A DNA stretch of 63,300 nucleotides, filler included, from Polymyxa betae A26-41 (taxonomy: Eukaryota; Protista; Endomyxa: Phytomyxea): NCBI GenBank assembly GCA_003693705.1. It is 6 parts of 6 records of this genome, joined end to end, with 100 filler letters (N's around TTAATTAATTAA, not from the genome) between each part and the next. Parts side by side here need not be neighbours in the genome. Positions count along the whole stretch, not along the records: positions 15,519 to 30,144 come from RBZT01000439.1; positions 30,245 to 40,395 come from RBZT01000941.1; 4 more parts are not named here. One strand, given 5' to 3'. A program made the translations under genes and the position numbers. Each line of letters starts with the position of its first letter. Position 1 is the first letter of the stretch. Below, piece after piece: positions 23,644-36,466 of the stretch. The notes beneath the pieces are model-generated. The model was not told the DNA's origin. It did no database searches and worked only from the letters and a program-made list of their open reading frames with translations.

Positions 23644-25983
23644 TTATTCTCCTGTTTTGGCGATCCACGAGCCTGTCCCATATTAGGCTTGACAATAATA
23701 TAAGCGATTTGGCAGCAAATACCTTTGACCAACCTTCCGAGCTCTTTGGTCAGCCTACTGTAATTCCTGCGATCATATTGATTTTGGAAACGAGAAAATA
23801 GTAAAACGAAGCTGTACTTTTCAGGTAGCTCTACGTTCGTACGTTGCTGGATTTCATTCTTAATATCAGACTTCCTGAACGATTTCGAAGGCGCGGCTCT
23901 ATACATCTCAATGAAAGCATTACGAAACATTTCCAAGGATTCATCATTGGCATCAATCGTTTTTCTATAAATCAAATCAGAAGATGCACATGAATCGCTC
24001 CCAGAGAAACACACCTGCAATAACCACTTCCAACGAATGGTCGAGCAGTATTATTGAGCGCTGCCGTCATGACAGCTTCAGTTACCGATTTGCCTTTAGA
24101 TCGGTAAGTCGTCAGCAGGGAGCTGAGCGTGATCACGCCGAACTGTTCGAGCTGCTGGGACACGAAATACTGGATCTCAGGATCCACTTGAACTTTCTTT
24201 ACAACGAAGTTAATGGGTGTGATGAGAAATCAATAAGTTATCAAACCTCAGCCTTAACTGCAGAGACAGAAACATTCGGTTCGGTTTTAACAGAAGTTTT
24301 CGGCTTGGTGTGAACATCAGCATTCTCCATTTTAACGTCAAGCGTCTCTTCAGCCACATGCTGTTTTGGTTTTTCGGGTTTCTAGCAGAGATTCAGAAGA
24401 GCAAGAGCATAAAGACGTGAATATGCATACTGATGATGTCTTTTTTGGGATTTCTGCAGCGCTGGAACGGACACCGGTTAACTGATTCAAGGCATCGATA
24501 CGTAGAAAAGCACGGTTCTGTTCAGCAACGACGCCCTCATAGGACGCACCGAAATCGTAATCAAACTCGCACTTGAAAACCCATTGTTTGGTTTCCTTAT
24601 TGAGTGTCTGAGAAAGCGATTATGTTAGATTACTGGCAATCTGTATGGAGAAAGCATACAGCTAGCGATTGAATGATCTGAAGAGACGTTTGGAGATCCA
24701 ACTGTGCTATCGACGTCCAGTCGGTTAGTTTCAGTTCGCGATTATTGCTGAATAATTGCAAAAGGTAATCTCGTGCGATACTCGCTCTTCCAGACAGCAA
24801 TAGCGAGCTACAAACAGGAAATGAAATTACACGTCGTCCGTTGCCACTGATAATCACCTTTTAGGAACCCAGCAGTTCTGGACAAGAATGCAACGAGCCA
24901 CAAGAATCTTGACGACATCGTCGCGATCGTCGTCAGGAATACGCAGGACGTCACATAATTCTCCAAACTGCATGACACCAGCTGTATTTCAGTTAGCAAA
25001 GATCGATGAAATACGGCAAAATAATAAACCATTTTTCAGCACATGAATGCATCGTGCTTGTAATGAGCTGGAACTGTCATTAGAGGCGCCCTCGAGTCCA
25101 GATTCGGCAGAAGAGAGCTTGACATCAGTGCCAGAACATAGAGAGGAAAGATATGCTGGTAATGGGACATCCATTGGAATACGTTCACATTCTTCCATGT
25201 CAATATGCGATAGCGATTGGCGAAGCTCGACACTTTCGCTGCTATCTTCAGAATTCACCTAGAATAAGGAATCCGTTCAGCGAAAACGTCTCGAGAAAAT
25301 GAATGGCAAACTGCTGTTTACATGAAGAAGTGTCCATTTCTCAGAATCAAATTCTTGTCGAAGCATCTGGTACGATTTGCGAATTTCAGTCGTCTCGCCC
25401 GATTGCGTTTTCGTTTGCGCCGCTCGAAGCAGAACCTCTTTGGGTGCCGCTTTTGTCTCCACCGCATCGGCATCAATATCTACACCCCTCATCGCTGCTT
25501 TAGAAGCGGCCGCTGCTGCATCGACTGCGGCAAAATCGGGCACCATCGAGTACACCTTCAAACGTCAAGTTTGACCTGCAGTAATAAGCACCCGATATAC
25601 CTGATCGATTGGCACTAAATGAAGTTGGCCATTGCTAATACGACCAATGGCATAGGTCGATTTAGGCTGAACTCGACTGGATGATAGTGTAAAGACACGA
25701 GCATCACCTGGCTCTTCGTCACGACGACGATCTTTTCTATACTGGAACTGTAGAGCTCCATGCTGCGGTTTCATCTGGACTTGATGAAGTGAGCCCAGAT
25801 CGGGGCCTAGACCAGCTATCATTCAGCAGAATGAATGACGATAACGAAAGCTCCCTGACCATCATAGGGCTTATGACGTGGTCGTAAAGGGAAGTTGATC
25901 AGACCGATCTGATGCGAACTGCAATTCCGATAGTAGACGGGGATCTCAGCGATAACCTCGTCGTCATCCGCCATCATATCCAT
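23644..25983 (-). CDS. POLR3E: RNA polymerase III subunit RPC5 (Sin/Rpc37), multi-exon
   Basis: DDEVIAEIPVY, NFPLRP, YAIGRISNGQLHLVPI and MVPDF motifs. Many ~50-bp introns. 3' end approximate. Confidence 0.82.
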
Positions 25984-26964
25984 GATGATGGCTAACCAGA
26001 TCGGTCCCAGCTCAGATCCTGCGCAAATTTCCTCTTCGACCTTCGTCGGTGATGCAAATTCCGCAAGTTTTGAAAGAATTTCTCTGAATTACTATGTTGA
26101 TGTGGACAAAATGCAGCTTGTATAAGTATCATTGTAGATTATAGAAGATTTCAATATTTATTCGGTATGCGAGATTCTGGTTGTTTGAACGTCTTGTTGA
26201 TTCTTTGGACTGTGACAGGTTTCATCATAGTACTTTATGTATTTTGATCAAGCATTCAAATGAAGTTCAACAACTTCTCCATCATTGTTGCCCCTTTCAA
26301 ATAACTATAGCCTTATCTTGGCCAACAATGCACGATGGTTGATTCCTTGGTCGCAGGTCGCAAGCATCATCATCAGCTATTGCTCATCTACTTTGATATC
26401 TGTGGCCCATCAAGTATCGCTTCCAAGACCTTATAAATGGATTGCAATTCTGCTGTAATGATGTTGACGCAGGAAGTCTCACTACGAGACGATCGGTAGA
26501 AACTCGCACACAAAACGTACAGTATTCGCAATGATCACATACAGTTGCCATCAGCAATCGTTTGAAACAGTGCAACAAACGGTAAAGCGCTGCTTTCTGT
26601 CACCAGTCCAAGTGCTTTGCTTGCATCTACTTGCTGCCTGCTGATCCAATATGACAAGTGAAATTGTGCATATAACCGTATAATGGAGGATGTTAGATGG
26701 CTATATGTACTGTTACGCGAACAGAGGGGGGCCCACCCCATCGGCCCATTCCTTTTATCAGTTGATATAATCAGTTCCCTTTAAATGACTTCCTCATTTG
26801 TGCTGGTGGTGTTGTGTAATTTTATGATGGTTATCTTTCATTCTCGGCAAGCACTAGAGGCAGCAGGCTTGAAGGTCACCTGATACCTCAAATTGATCAA
26901 GGTTACAGATATTTGATTGGAGAGGTACCCGCCCCAGAACGATCCTAATCCGGGTTCGGCAACG

Positions 26965-29580
26965 ATGGGCAGCATATGCAGCATATGCGGCGCCCAATCC
27001 AAGCAAGTGGCGGCGGGAACGCCACGCCAAGTCGAGACGAGGGCCGCAGACTCTCAGCAAACGAAGACGAAAGATGTCACCGATGTCAAAGGGTCACTGA
27101 CAACGAAGGCACCGTCCATTTCTGAAGGCGACGCCGGCGATATGAGCTTGATCGTGCAAGCTCTGAAAAAAGTCCCAATTTTTTCGAACTTAACCGATTC
27201 CGATCGGCTCCAGCTTGCAAAGGAGCTGAAAGAATGCCTGTATGAAGTCGATCAAGCAATTATCACCGAAGGCCAGCCGGGCACTGAATTCTTCATCATT
27301 CACACCGGATCAGGTTTGTATAACAAGTTTGAGCTTCGCGTTTGCTGATGCTATGGTCATAGCGGCGGTCACAAGAAAGGACCCTGCTACTGGAGAGAAA
27401 ATATCGATAGCGTCTCTCACAGAGGGCGACTATTTCGGTGAAGCTGCCCTAATCAATCACGACTTACGTCAAGCGACCGTTTCAGCAACGAAACCAACAA
27501 CATGCTTCGTTCTTGATGCTAGCGCTTTCCAAAAGCTGTTTGGAAAATCGAAATTGGTGATTTCGCTATCGTTTTCAAATTCTGTTTGGGCACTCACAGG
27601 CACTGTTCGTAGAATGTGCAATTCGCAAAGCGTAATGCTATTTCTGCTGAGAAGTTACGTCACGAAGCCGTCTCGCCTCACTCGACTGAACGAGTTTTCG
27701 AAAAGTCGGCACAGACCGTGACCCTGATCGAATCAGCACTTTCCTCTAACGTAAGCCAAATTTTTATATGGATTTGATATCGAACAAACAATTTTCAATC
27801 ATAGGTGCTGTTCAAATCTTTGGATTCTTGGCAAGTAAAACAGATTATTGCCGAAATGTATAATGTTGCTGTCACTGTCAATTCTCAAATCATCAAGCAA
27901 GTAAGTTGGCTGCCAATCAACTTGCTAGCACGAGCGTCTCAGATGGTCTAGGGCGACCGAGGAGATTACTTCTACGTCGTTGAAAAGGGCCAATTCGACG
28001 TGGTTATATCGAAAGCTGGCTCGACGGATAATGTTGTCGCCACTCGGGGCCCTGGAACATCGTTTGGGGAACTGGCCCTGATGTACAATTCCCCCCGAGC
28101 GGCGTCTGTCATCGCCAAAACCGAGGGTGTTCTATGGGCGGTCAGCCGGAACACATTCCGGAGGATTCTGATGCGAGTCAATGATGAGAAGCGACGTGAT
28201 TATGAAAACTTCCTGAAGTCGGTACCACTGCTATCAGCACTAACTGCCTCAGAACGTGCTACTGCGGCAGAAGCCATGGAAGAAACAAGTTTCCCAGATG
28301 GTACAACAATCGTCGAGCAGGGACAAGAAGGAGAAACGTTTTATGTGATTTTGTCGGGCAACGTTGATGTTTCGATCAAGGAAGGCGATAACCCCCCGAA
28401 ACACGTCCAACATCTTGGAAAGGGTGATTTTTTCGGCGAGCGAGCTTTGCTGAGATCCGAACCAAGAGCTGCAACTGTTGTGGCGTTTGGCCCGGTCACA
28501 TGTCTGACATTGGATCGTCAAGCATTCAGCGTCGTACTGGGACCATTAACCGACATCATGCACAGGAATATCGAGAATTATACATCGGATGTGGGCGAGA
28601 AACGCGAACTGTACGTGGAGAGCCCTTTGATGGAGGTGAAGATGTCTGACCTGCACGTAATTGGAACCCTCGGTAGAGGCAGTTTCGGGCACGTTCAGCT
28701 CGTGACACATATCCCCAGCGGAGAAACATTCGCGATGAAGAAGATCTCAAAGGCGCAGATCGTCCAGCTGGGCCAGCAGGACCACATCTTGAGTGAGAAG
28801 AAGGTTATGTCTCAGCTGAACCACCCATTTCTGATTCGATTACGCGCCACCATGAAGGATCAAGACTATGTTTACTTTTTGATCGAGCTGTGTCTCGGTG
28901 GCGAACTTTTTTCGGTTTTGCGATCTCGTGGTCAATTTGACGAGAGAACATCGAGGTTTTACGCTGCTTCGGTCGTGTTGGCGTTCGAGTACATGCACAG
29001 CCATAATATAATCTATCGTGATCTCAAGCCAGAAAACCTTCTTCTGGATAACAAAGGATTTCTTAAAGTCACCGACTTTGGATTCGCCAAATATGTACCA
29101 GATAGAACTTGGACGCTTTGTGGAACGCCAGATTACCTGGCCCCTGAAGTCATATCTGGACAAGGTCATGGGAAGGCTGTTGATTGGTGGACTCTAGGCG
29201 TTTTAATTTATGAGATGTTGGTCTCGTATCCGCCCTTTTATGACACCGATCCCATGAAAACGTACGCAAAGATTATGCATGGACACGTACCGTTTCCGAA
29301 ACATATCAACAAAGATGCAATGGATCTCATACAAAGATTGCTTCATCCGAAAGCGGCGAAAAGATTGGGTGCTGTAAAAGGTGGAGCAAAACTGATTAAG
29401 AAACATCCCTGGTTTAAAGGGTTCGACTGGGATTCACTGTTATCGAAAACAATGACCCCTCCGATCATACCGAAGGTGAATAACAACACGGATTTGGGCA
29501 ACTTTGAAGATTATGGACATCAAGATGATGACTTCCCGACGTATAAGGATGATGGGTCAAATTGGGACGCTGATTTTTGA
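26965..29580 (+). CDS. Cyclic-nucleotide-dependent protein kinase (PKG-like architecture), 3 CNB domains plus AGC kinase
   Basis: MGSICSICG N-terminus. PBCs FGEAAL..RQATV, FGELALMYNSPRAASV and FGERALL..PRAATV. Kinase GRGSFG, YRDLKPEN, DFGFAK, TWTLCGTPDYLAPE. C-terminal WDADF. Confidence 0.92.
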
Positions 29581-29662
29581 TGATAATCATGCCATTCAAA
29601 ATGTTATGACTCTTGTGCTCATATTGATTAAATAAAAATGGTGGATAATAAATGGCAAGAAA

Positions 29663-30144
29663 TTACTGATCGTTATTTAGCCTCCAGACGTTAACTGTTG
29701 CGTCTTCATTGGCAGTGATTAAGAACCTAAACAGATGTCATTCAACGAGGCGTAATTTGCCGAAGACGCCAACCTTGAATCCTCGCTGAAAATGACACTT
29801 CGAACGATTTTGCTGGATTTACTCGAATACAATGACCGCGGCTTGTTTTCGAAATTCTTGAGATCGAACAAAAACACCCGGCCACTTGCATTCCCTACTG
29901 CAAAAATCTGCATCGCCGGATTGAAGGCGAATCTGATAAACCAGTGTCTGCAATCCGAAAGCGGGAATTCCTGTCGAAAAATCAGTATTATATCAAGACG
30001 ACTAAAAACAATCGACCTGGATGATGTTAACTGGACATGAATGACTCACAACTGAACGTTGGTAAACAGGCTCCCAAAGCACCACTTTGTCTTGGCAGGA
30101 TTTTGATAAAATGAAATCGCCTGAAAATGGCTTGATTCAGAAAA
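29663..30144 (-). CDS. EED: Polycomb PRC2 WD40 subunit EED/ESC/FIE, 3' part only
   Basis: DFILSKSC..VVLWEP, WFIRF, FAVGNASGRVFLFDL, VRSVIFSEDSR and EDATVNVWR follow the EED C-terminal WD blades. Truncated by the spacer. Confidence 0.8.
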
Positions 30145-30244
30145 NNNNNNNNNNNNNNNNNNNNNNNNNNNNNNNNNNNNNNNNNNNNTTAATTAATTAA
30201 NNNNNNNNNNNNNNNNNNNNNNNNNNNNNNNNNNNNNNNNNNNN
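30145..30244. other. Artificial contig spacer
   Basis: N-TTAATTAATTAA-N linker. Confidence 0.98.
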
Positions 30245-30275
30245 TTTGCGGAACGTCAACTTTGATACCCCCTAA

Positions 30276-30849
30276 GAGGGTGGTCCAAGTAGAAAGTGGT
30301 ACTAAAAAAAAGAGGTGCTGAAAAACTGCGCCGCAATCTGATTGGTAGGACCTACTTTGCCATCTCTTTTGTTTCGAAAGAGGTCACGGACCTCTTTTTC
30401 CGTACGTTATCTCTTTTTCTTTAACGTTACCTCCCCCATTCAATGACCAATGTCAACGCGCCTTCGACCAATGCAGCTTTATTTGGGGCAGTCGCGGCCG
30501 CTCTGGGCGCTGTCATTGCTGTGGTTAATATCCAAAGCGTCCCAGCTATGCGGTTTCGGTGGGGCCGCAACGTTACCTGTCTTTTGATCACCTTGTTGGG
30601 CCTTGCCAAAATTATTTTGAAGCGCCTGATACTTGTTTTTAATCAAGAGAACGTTCGCTTCAATACTACACTTGGATTGCATATCTAAAGAGCTTTGGGC
30701 TGCAGGCAATAACAAATGTAGTTTCAACAGATCTAGCCAATCAGATTGCCGCAAAAAACAGAGATCGCGCAATAGATGACCTCATTCGGACCACGCAAAA
30801 TTGATGAACCTCTTTTTTATTTACCTCTTTTTTTACTTGGACCACCCTC
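30276..30849. mobile_element. PIF/Harbinger (Tourist-like) MITE, 574 bp
   Basis: Perfect 16-bp TIRs GAGGGTGGTCCAAGTA/TACTTGGACCACCCTC. TAA target-site duplication at 30273-30275 and 30850-30852. Subterminal inverted CAATCTGATTGG. Confidence 0.85.
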
Positions 30850-31434
30850 TAATCAGTCATAACCTGCATTTTAATACAGTAGAAGCTTTCCTGTCAGTTT
30901 TAAATTTTGAAAGTGCCCTAAAAACTTAACCAAATAACCACTATTTCTTGGCAAATATGGCCACTTTTAATGTTAAGAGAATCACTTTGCGAAATCTCCC
31001 AAGGTGTTTATTTTGTTAAGTGCGGTACATCTCCGGCAACCATCTCGTGCGCAGCGCTATGAAGAGTCAAAGATATTATAGAAAATGCCGAAAAAATTGC
31101 ATATCACCATTGTCGGCTCGGTGAGATCGACATTGTCGTATCTTTCTCCGCATTAGGACAGAATCCAGTAACGCAAACAAGGCATCATACGCTTTGACTT
31201 GTTTTGTGACAGTCTTGCCGTCAATCCCATCTTTAAGCTCTTCTAAGATTTTGCGGGCAGGCGTTTGTCATGCTCGGCCGTCCATGACGAGACCCTGTTA
31301 GACGTCTTGGACATGATTTATAGTACGAACTCAGAAGTTTGAATGTGCTTCAATTACCTGCCAACTCTCCATGGCTGCATGCGCAACAAATTCTGCCTGT
31401 CGAGCCCAAAAAACCGGCACAAAATTCTACCGTA

Positions 31435-31592
31435 GGCTCTCTTATTATAATTACCTATAAACTTATAAGTGATATTCGCTTATAAGTTATGCTCAAGGCG
31501 TCCACCGATGTCCGCTCTATGGCTTATAACTTATAATCTCTAATACTTTATAACTTATACAATTTTTGTAGATGTTAGTTATAAGAGAGTCA
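31435..31592. repeat. Small TTATAA-rich foldback/MITE
   Basis: Imperfect TIR CTCTCTTAT...ATAAGAGAG enclosing several (C)TTATAA palindromes. Confidence 0.55.
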
Positions 31593-32569
31593 CAGTATAG
31601 TGAAGCAGAATGCTCTGTACGGGTAGTTTGAATATTGCAGTATTTTGTATTACATCAACAACACCTCCGTTACATCTCTTTGGTCTTTTGAACAAAAAAG
31701 GAGCGCAGATCAGTCTGCTTGAGCATTGAAATGCGCTGTGTGCTTCTTTCTGGGGACAGATCATAAAGAAGATGGCGAGGTTTTTTATTTCATTTGTTGG
31801 AATGAAAATTAGGGTTTTAGGGTTTGATCGGAAGGGGACTCAGGATCGATCACGCAGTCCGTCGAGACAAGACTTCCCTTCCGGTCAAGAGTGCCCTTTC
31901 CGTACTTTTGTAATCTGGATCAGATCTCTCTAATGTTACTCTATTTTATTTCTCCTTTCATATGCCACAGATCATGTGCTGTCTTAGACCACCGTTCTTC
32001 ATCACCGTCTATCTTCGTCCGATCCGACCGATCCTCCGATACGCTTGTCACCATACGCCAGCCAGTTCATGTACACCACATTACCTCCTTCCAAAAAATT
32101 TTCATAGAAAATTTGCTGCTAGACTTGATTGGCATAGCAATTCATACTTTGCCATAAGTGGCAAGTTATGGAAAGAGGACACTCAAAAATATAAATGCGT
32201 TCCTTGCCCTGATATAAATATCATTGATTCCTTTCCGAAGAGTCTTTCTGACTAATGACTATGGATACTGATCAGTTATCCGATAGTATTCCATACGATA
32301 GTCATAAGACTACCACAAATCCAAGTGTATAAGTCGCTCAACTTATAACATTCAGAAATAATTCCAGTACGTTTGGCCAAACGATTTCCAGTGCATGGCG
32401 CCTGTGATAAGTCTTAATAGTCACCGAAAGAATCACAAGATGTTCATAATCCAAGTGAATCATAGCGCATTACGCATTAATTCACAAGTATCGCATTATG
32501 CAATAACTCACTCTTTTTTTAGACTATAAATCATCTAAAAAAGATCATTGCTGTATTAAATTCAGCACA

Positions 32570-32890
32570 CTATTTCTTCTTTCCCCGATTTTTCTTCCAA
32601 ATTAGCTTACATTCAGCTTCAGAGAGTATCAACGGACATTCATTCATGCGATGTCCAGTCTGATGACATTTAAAACAAGCTGCTGTAAACTCTCGTTTTG
32701 AGCGCTTCACATCACGATTTTGGTCTTCACCCGAAGAAAAACGCTTCTTTTGAGGATTAAAATCCTTCTCCCCAAATACATCCATCTCAAATAAGGGAAC
32801 CTGAATATTTAACTCAGCAACAAATGCTCTAGGGTCACTTATTAACTCAGGCTTGGTTATCTCAACCATAGTCTTCATATGTTGCTTCAA
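32570..32890 (-). mobile_element. Retroelement Gag C-terminal fragment with CCHC zinc knuckle
   Basis: CFKCHQTGHRMNECP (CX2CX4HX4C). Confidence 0.7.
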
Positions 32891-32899
32891 CCGATGTGC

Positions 32900-35430
32900 C
32901 GACTCGAGCGGCCATTGTCGTTGCCCTCAGGGCAGCGATTCCACTTTCCACGTGGCCGATCGCGCAGCCCTCGGGTACGTTCGCAACCAGATGGACGGCT
33001 CACTCCTACCGGCTGCACGGCACCACGCCACAGCAGCATCCTTGATGCAGTCCCTCGAGGCGGAATATGGCGCAGCCCAGTCTGACCTCCGCGAGATGCA
33101 ACTCAATGACGAGCTGGACAGTCTAAGGTTCCCCTCCAACCTCGCTCTTGTCGATAAATTTATCACTTCCGTGGATCGCATTCGATCCGAGCTGATAGAT
33201 ATTGACGATCACGAACGGGTTGAAGACCGCCGACTTGGACAGCGAATTGAGCGAAAATTGCCCGCCGACTCGTCAAAGCAGGAGGTTCTTCGACGGAGAA
33301 TGACTTGGACTGAGATCAAACACGATCTCAAACTTGAGCGCAGCCTCCCTCGACGTGCGTGTAACAATGCTGGATATATATTGTATGGCTCTAGTTTACG
33401 CATACTCTGGCTATCAATCAACTCCGATGAATTTCTGGATTTACTAAGGGCCTGAATACGCATATTATTAGTACAGACTCATCTTCGCAATTTCTTCGTG
33501 AAATCGTCTCAGGCTTGAACGACAGATTGCCACATGCCCCAACAAATTCAACTCCATCATCCAATTCTCACAACAAGCCCTCGGAAATCTCTCTTGCACT
33601 TACTGCAAGAAGAGAATCCACGTTTGCGAAGATTGCAGAAAACGCAAAACGGATGAATCTAAGCCGGATCGCAACGACCGCACTGACCCGAAGCCTTCCA
33701 AAAAAGGCAAAGTCAACTCCATCATCGATCAGGAAATTGAAAATAAACTGAACGAATTTGATGCTTATCCAAACCTCACTTCGAATGTAGAATTCTTGGT
33801 TGATAGCGGATGCACTAGTCATTCTACAGGAGATCGAAACGCATTTTCCAGTTTCACTCCCTACAAAGACAGCAATCGCCGAGTACAAATGGCTGATAAT
33901 TCTTAAATATCAGTAGAAGGAACAGGTATGATCTCCATAAAAACCGCGCCTTCAAAGAGCTCAGATTCAATTATACCTGAATTTGAAAAACGTAGATTAT
34001 ATTCTGCAACTTTCCGGAAATTAATTTTCCGTAACGGCGGCTGCAGACAGCGGCATAATCTGCATGTTTCGATAAGATCACGTGATACTCTTCACAGCAG
34101 TCGAACATAAACTCATTGCTGTTGGCAAACGTCGAGATGATCTTTACTACCTTTCTGGTACTTTAATCAATCTAAAAATACAGCAAATAAACAAATTTGC
34201 CTGACTGCGAATTCCGCTTCCGAAGCACTCTGGCATGATCGCTTTGGTCACATTAGCAGAGATCGCTTGAAAGCCCTCTGGCGAAGAACATGCCCGAAAG
34301 ATTTCCGCTGCGAATCATGCATTCATGGAAAAGGGAAGGGACACGAACTCCTTTCCGAACGCACCCAAAGAATGCGAGAGCAACCGAAACACTGGTACGA
34401 GTATCCACGGACCTTTGCGGACCTATGCGCCAAACTCCCGCATTTGACAGTGAGCTGTACGCAATGATCATATTCGACCAGTACTCTGACTAAGCTGAGG
34501 TATTTTCCCTGCGAGAAAAATCAGAAGCGCTCAATATTTTCAAAATCTATCACAGCAGAGTGCAAGCTTGCATAGAAAAGGCATAATTGCACTCCGTGTT
34601 GAAGGAGGGGGTGAATTCAACTCCATTGAATTTTTAAAATTCCGTAATAAAAAGGGAATCAAATTAGAGCGAACAATGCCGCACAGTTCTCAGGAGAATT
34701 CATCCTCCGAAAGAATTAACCGCACAACCACGGACATGGCACGCTGTATGCTGCACTATGCAGGAACTCCAAAAATATTTTGGCGAGAAGCCATGAAAAT
34801 GGCCCTTTACGTTCACAACAGAACCCCAACTAAAGCGCTAAACTCAAAAACTCCATACGAGACTTGGTTTGGTATCATAGAAAACCCGATCTTCCTAACT
34901 TAAGAGTTTTGGATGCACTGCCTACGCTACAATCCCAGAATCACAACGTCACAAATTCAGTGATAGGGCAATATAATGTGTATTCTTGGCTACTTAGACA
35001 CGAGTTCTGGATACCTTCTTTTTGGTATAAAAAATAACTCTTTTATTGAAAGTAGAGATGTCCGCTTTATTGAAGAAGAATTTTAATTCCAAGACTTCGA
35101 TCAAACAGACCCTTTATTCGACTTCGAATTCAAAAATGCGGCTGATGATGATTATGTCGAAACTGGAATTATCGACCAAATCTCAGGAAGCAGGCCCCAA
35201 GTTGAAGACAGAGAGAATGATCACCTCTCTAATAGTATTCAACGTACATCTTCAAATACAGGCTTAGCCCAACTTCTGTTGTCTTAATAAACAATGCAGA
35301 ACTTCCCCTGACCTCTACCGGTGATTCCGGAGATTATCACGGAGTCCGCAATTCCACCGATAGCCACTCTAATGAAGGGACGCGGCGTTCAAACCGCAAA
35401 CGAAGACAGCGAACTTGGGACCCCACCTCG
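32900..35430 (+). mobile_element. Ty1/copia element, degenerate: gag, zinc knuckle, protease, integrase
   Basis: Gag LEAEYG..ELDSL; CTYCKKRIHVCEDC; FLVDSGCTSH; LWHDRFGH; CESCIHGK; TDLCGP; EGGGEF; QENSSSERINRT; HNRTPTKAL..TPYETW. Many stops. RT absent. Confidence 0.9.
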
Positions 35431-35435
35431 ACAGT

Positions 35436-35550
35436 CTAGGATTCCGATTGATACCGGTACTACCCGACTACCGGCGTTTCGGTAGTCTCCCTGTCGGATA
35501 CCGGTAGAGGATTGGTACCCGACCCCACTACCGACACTACCGGCCTAGGA
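35436..35550. repeat. TACCG/CGGTA-rich MITE-like patch
   Basis: Multiple TACCGG/TACCCG/CGGTAG units bounded by CTAGGA on both sides. Confidence 0.45.
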
Positions 35551-36309
35551 ATAGTGAGTGCTGGAAAATCTGCGTGGCGGACTTTGAAACCCTTCTTGTA
35601 ATCTTGTTTCATACACTGAAGCGAAGGGCTGACTCTCCATTGTGCCCCGTAAATGCACCTTTCCTTCGCGCCAATCTAAGGATTTGAGTTTTCGATTCAG
35701 TCGTGAATGATTACGAGCCCGTAGTGTTGAGTGAAAGCTCCGGCAGTAGCTTTGTGTCAAACGCACCGGAACTGCGCAGCTCTTCTTTTGCCTGCCTGTT
35801 GACATGCAAAATTCCCCACAAAAAAAGCATGCCACGGAACGCACTTTTTTGAATTCCAAATGCATTGGATGGCAAACCAAATGCATGTATCGGCAGGTCT
35901 GCGGAAGCGCAGTTTTGCAGTTGAAATGGCGGCAATTTTCATACAAATGCATTTTATTCCAGATTAACGTTTGCAGTGTATTTCAGCGCCTATGGCAGTA
36001 AAAAGCAGTTCATGAATGCATTTTTAAGCGATTATCAAATTGCATCTATTGGTAAATCTATAATTTGAAGAAAGCACAGCAATGAAGATTTTTCAACCAA
36101 GCGACTACTGGTAGCTTTAGTTCAAATCTTTTTTTAGTGAAAGAATAATGGGGCATTGAATTTAGATCAACAGTTTGTTATATTTGCTGATTTTGCTCTG
36201 GCCAATATATTATAGATAGAGGATTCTTTGCATGTTACCTTCTTCTTGCAGCCATCATGTAGGCGTCTTTGGTATGTTTTTCATGCCAATTTGCAGTAGC
36301 TAGGAAAGC

Positions 36310-36466
36310 AGAGGGTCTTCCATTATTTCAGGAGACCGGCTGTCGCCGTACACTCTACCTTGGCTACGCGTTAGCAATCAATTGCAATCTTTGTTGTAGG
36401 TAGGTAACCAGAGGGTCGTCCGTTATTTCAGGAGACCGGCTGTCGCCGTACAGTCTGCCTTGGCTC
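36310..36466. repeat. Direct repeat, 100-bp period, 2 copies
   Basis: AGAGGGTC.TCC.TTATTTCAGGAGACCGGCTGTCGCCGTACA.TCT.CCTTGGCT at 36310 and 36410. Confidence 0.85.

Noticed and set aside
31809-31825. TTAGGGTTTTAGGG as a chromosome end
   Set aside because: Only two units and interstitial; counted under the telo-box finding instead.
33360-33512. TG...CA segment interrupting copia gag as a solo LTR
   Set aside because: No target-site duplication and no second copy in the window.
36310-36466. Repeat-spacer-repeat pattern as a CRISPR array
   Set aside because: Only two ~56-bp copies, eukaryotic context and no cas genes.
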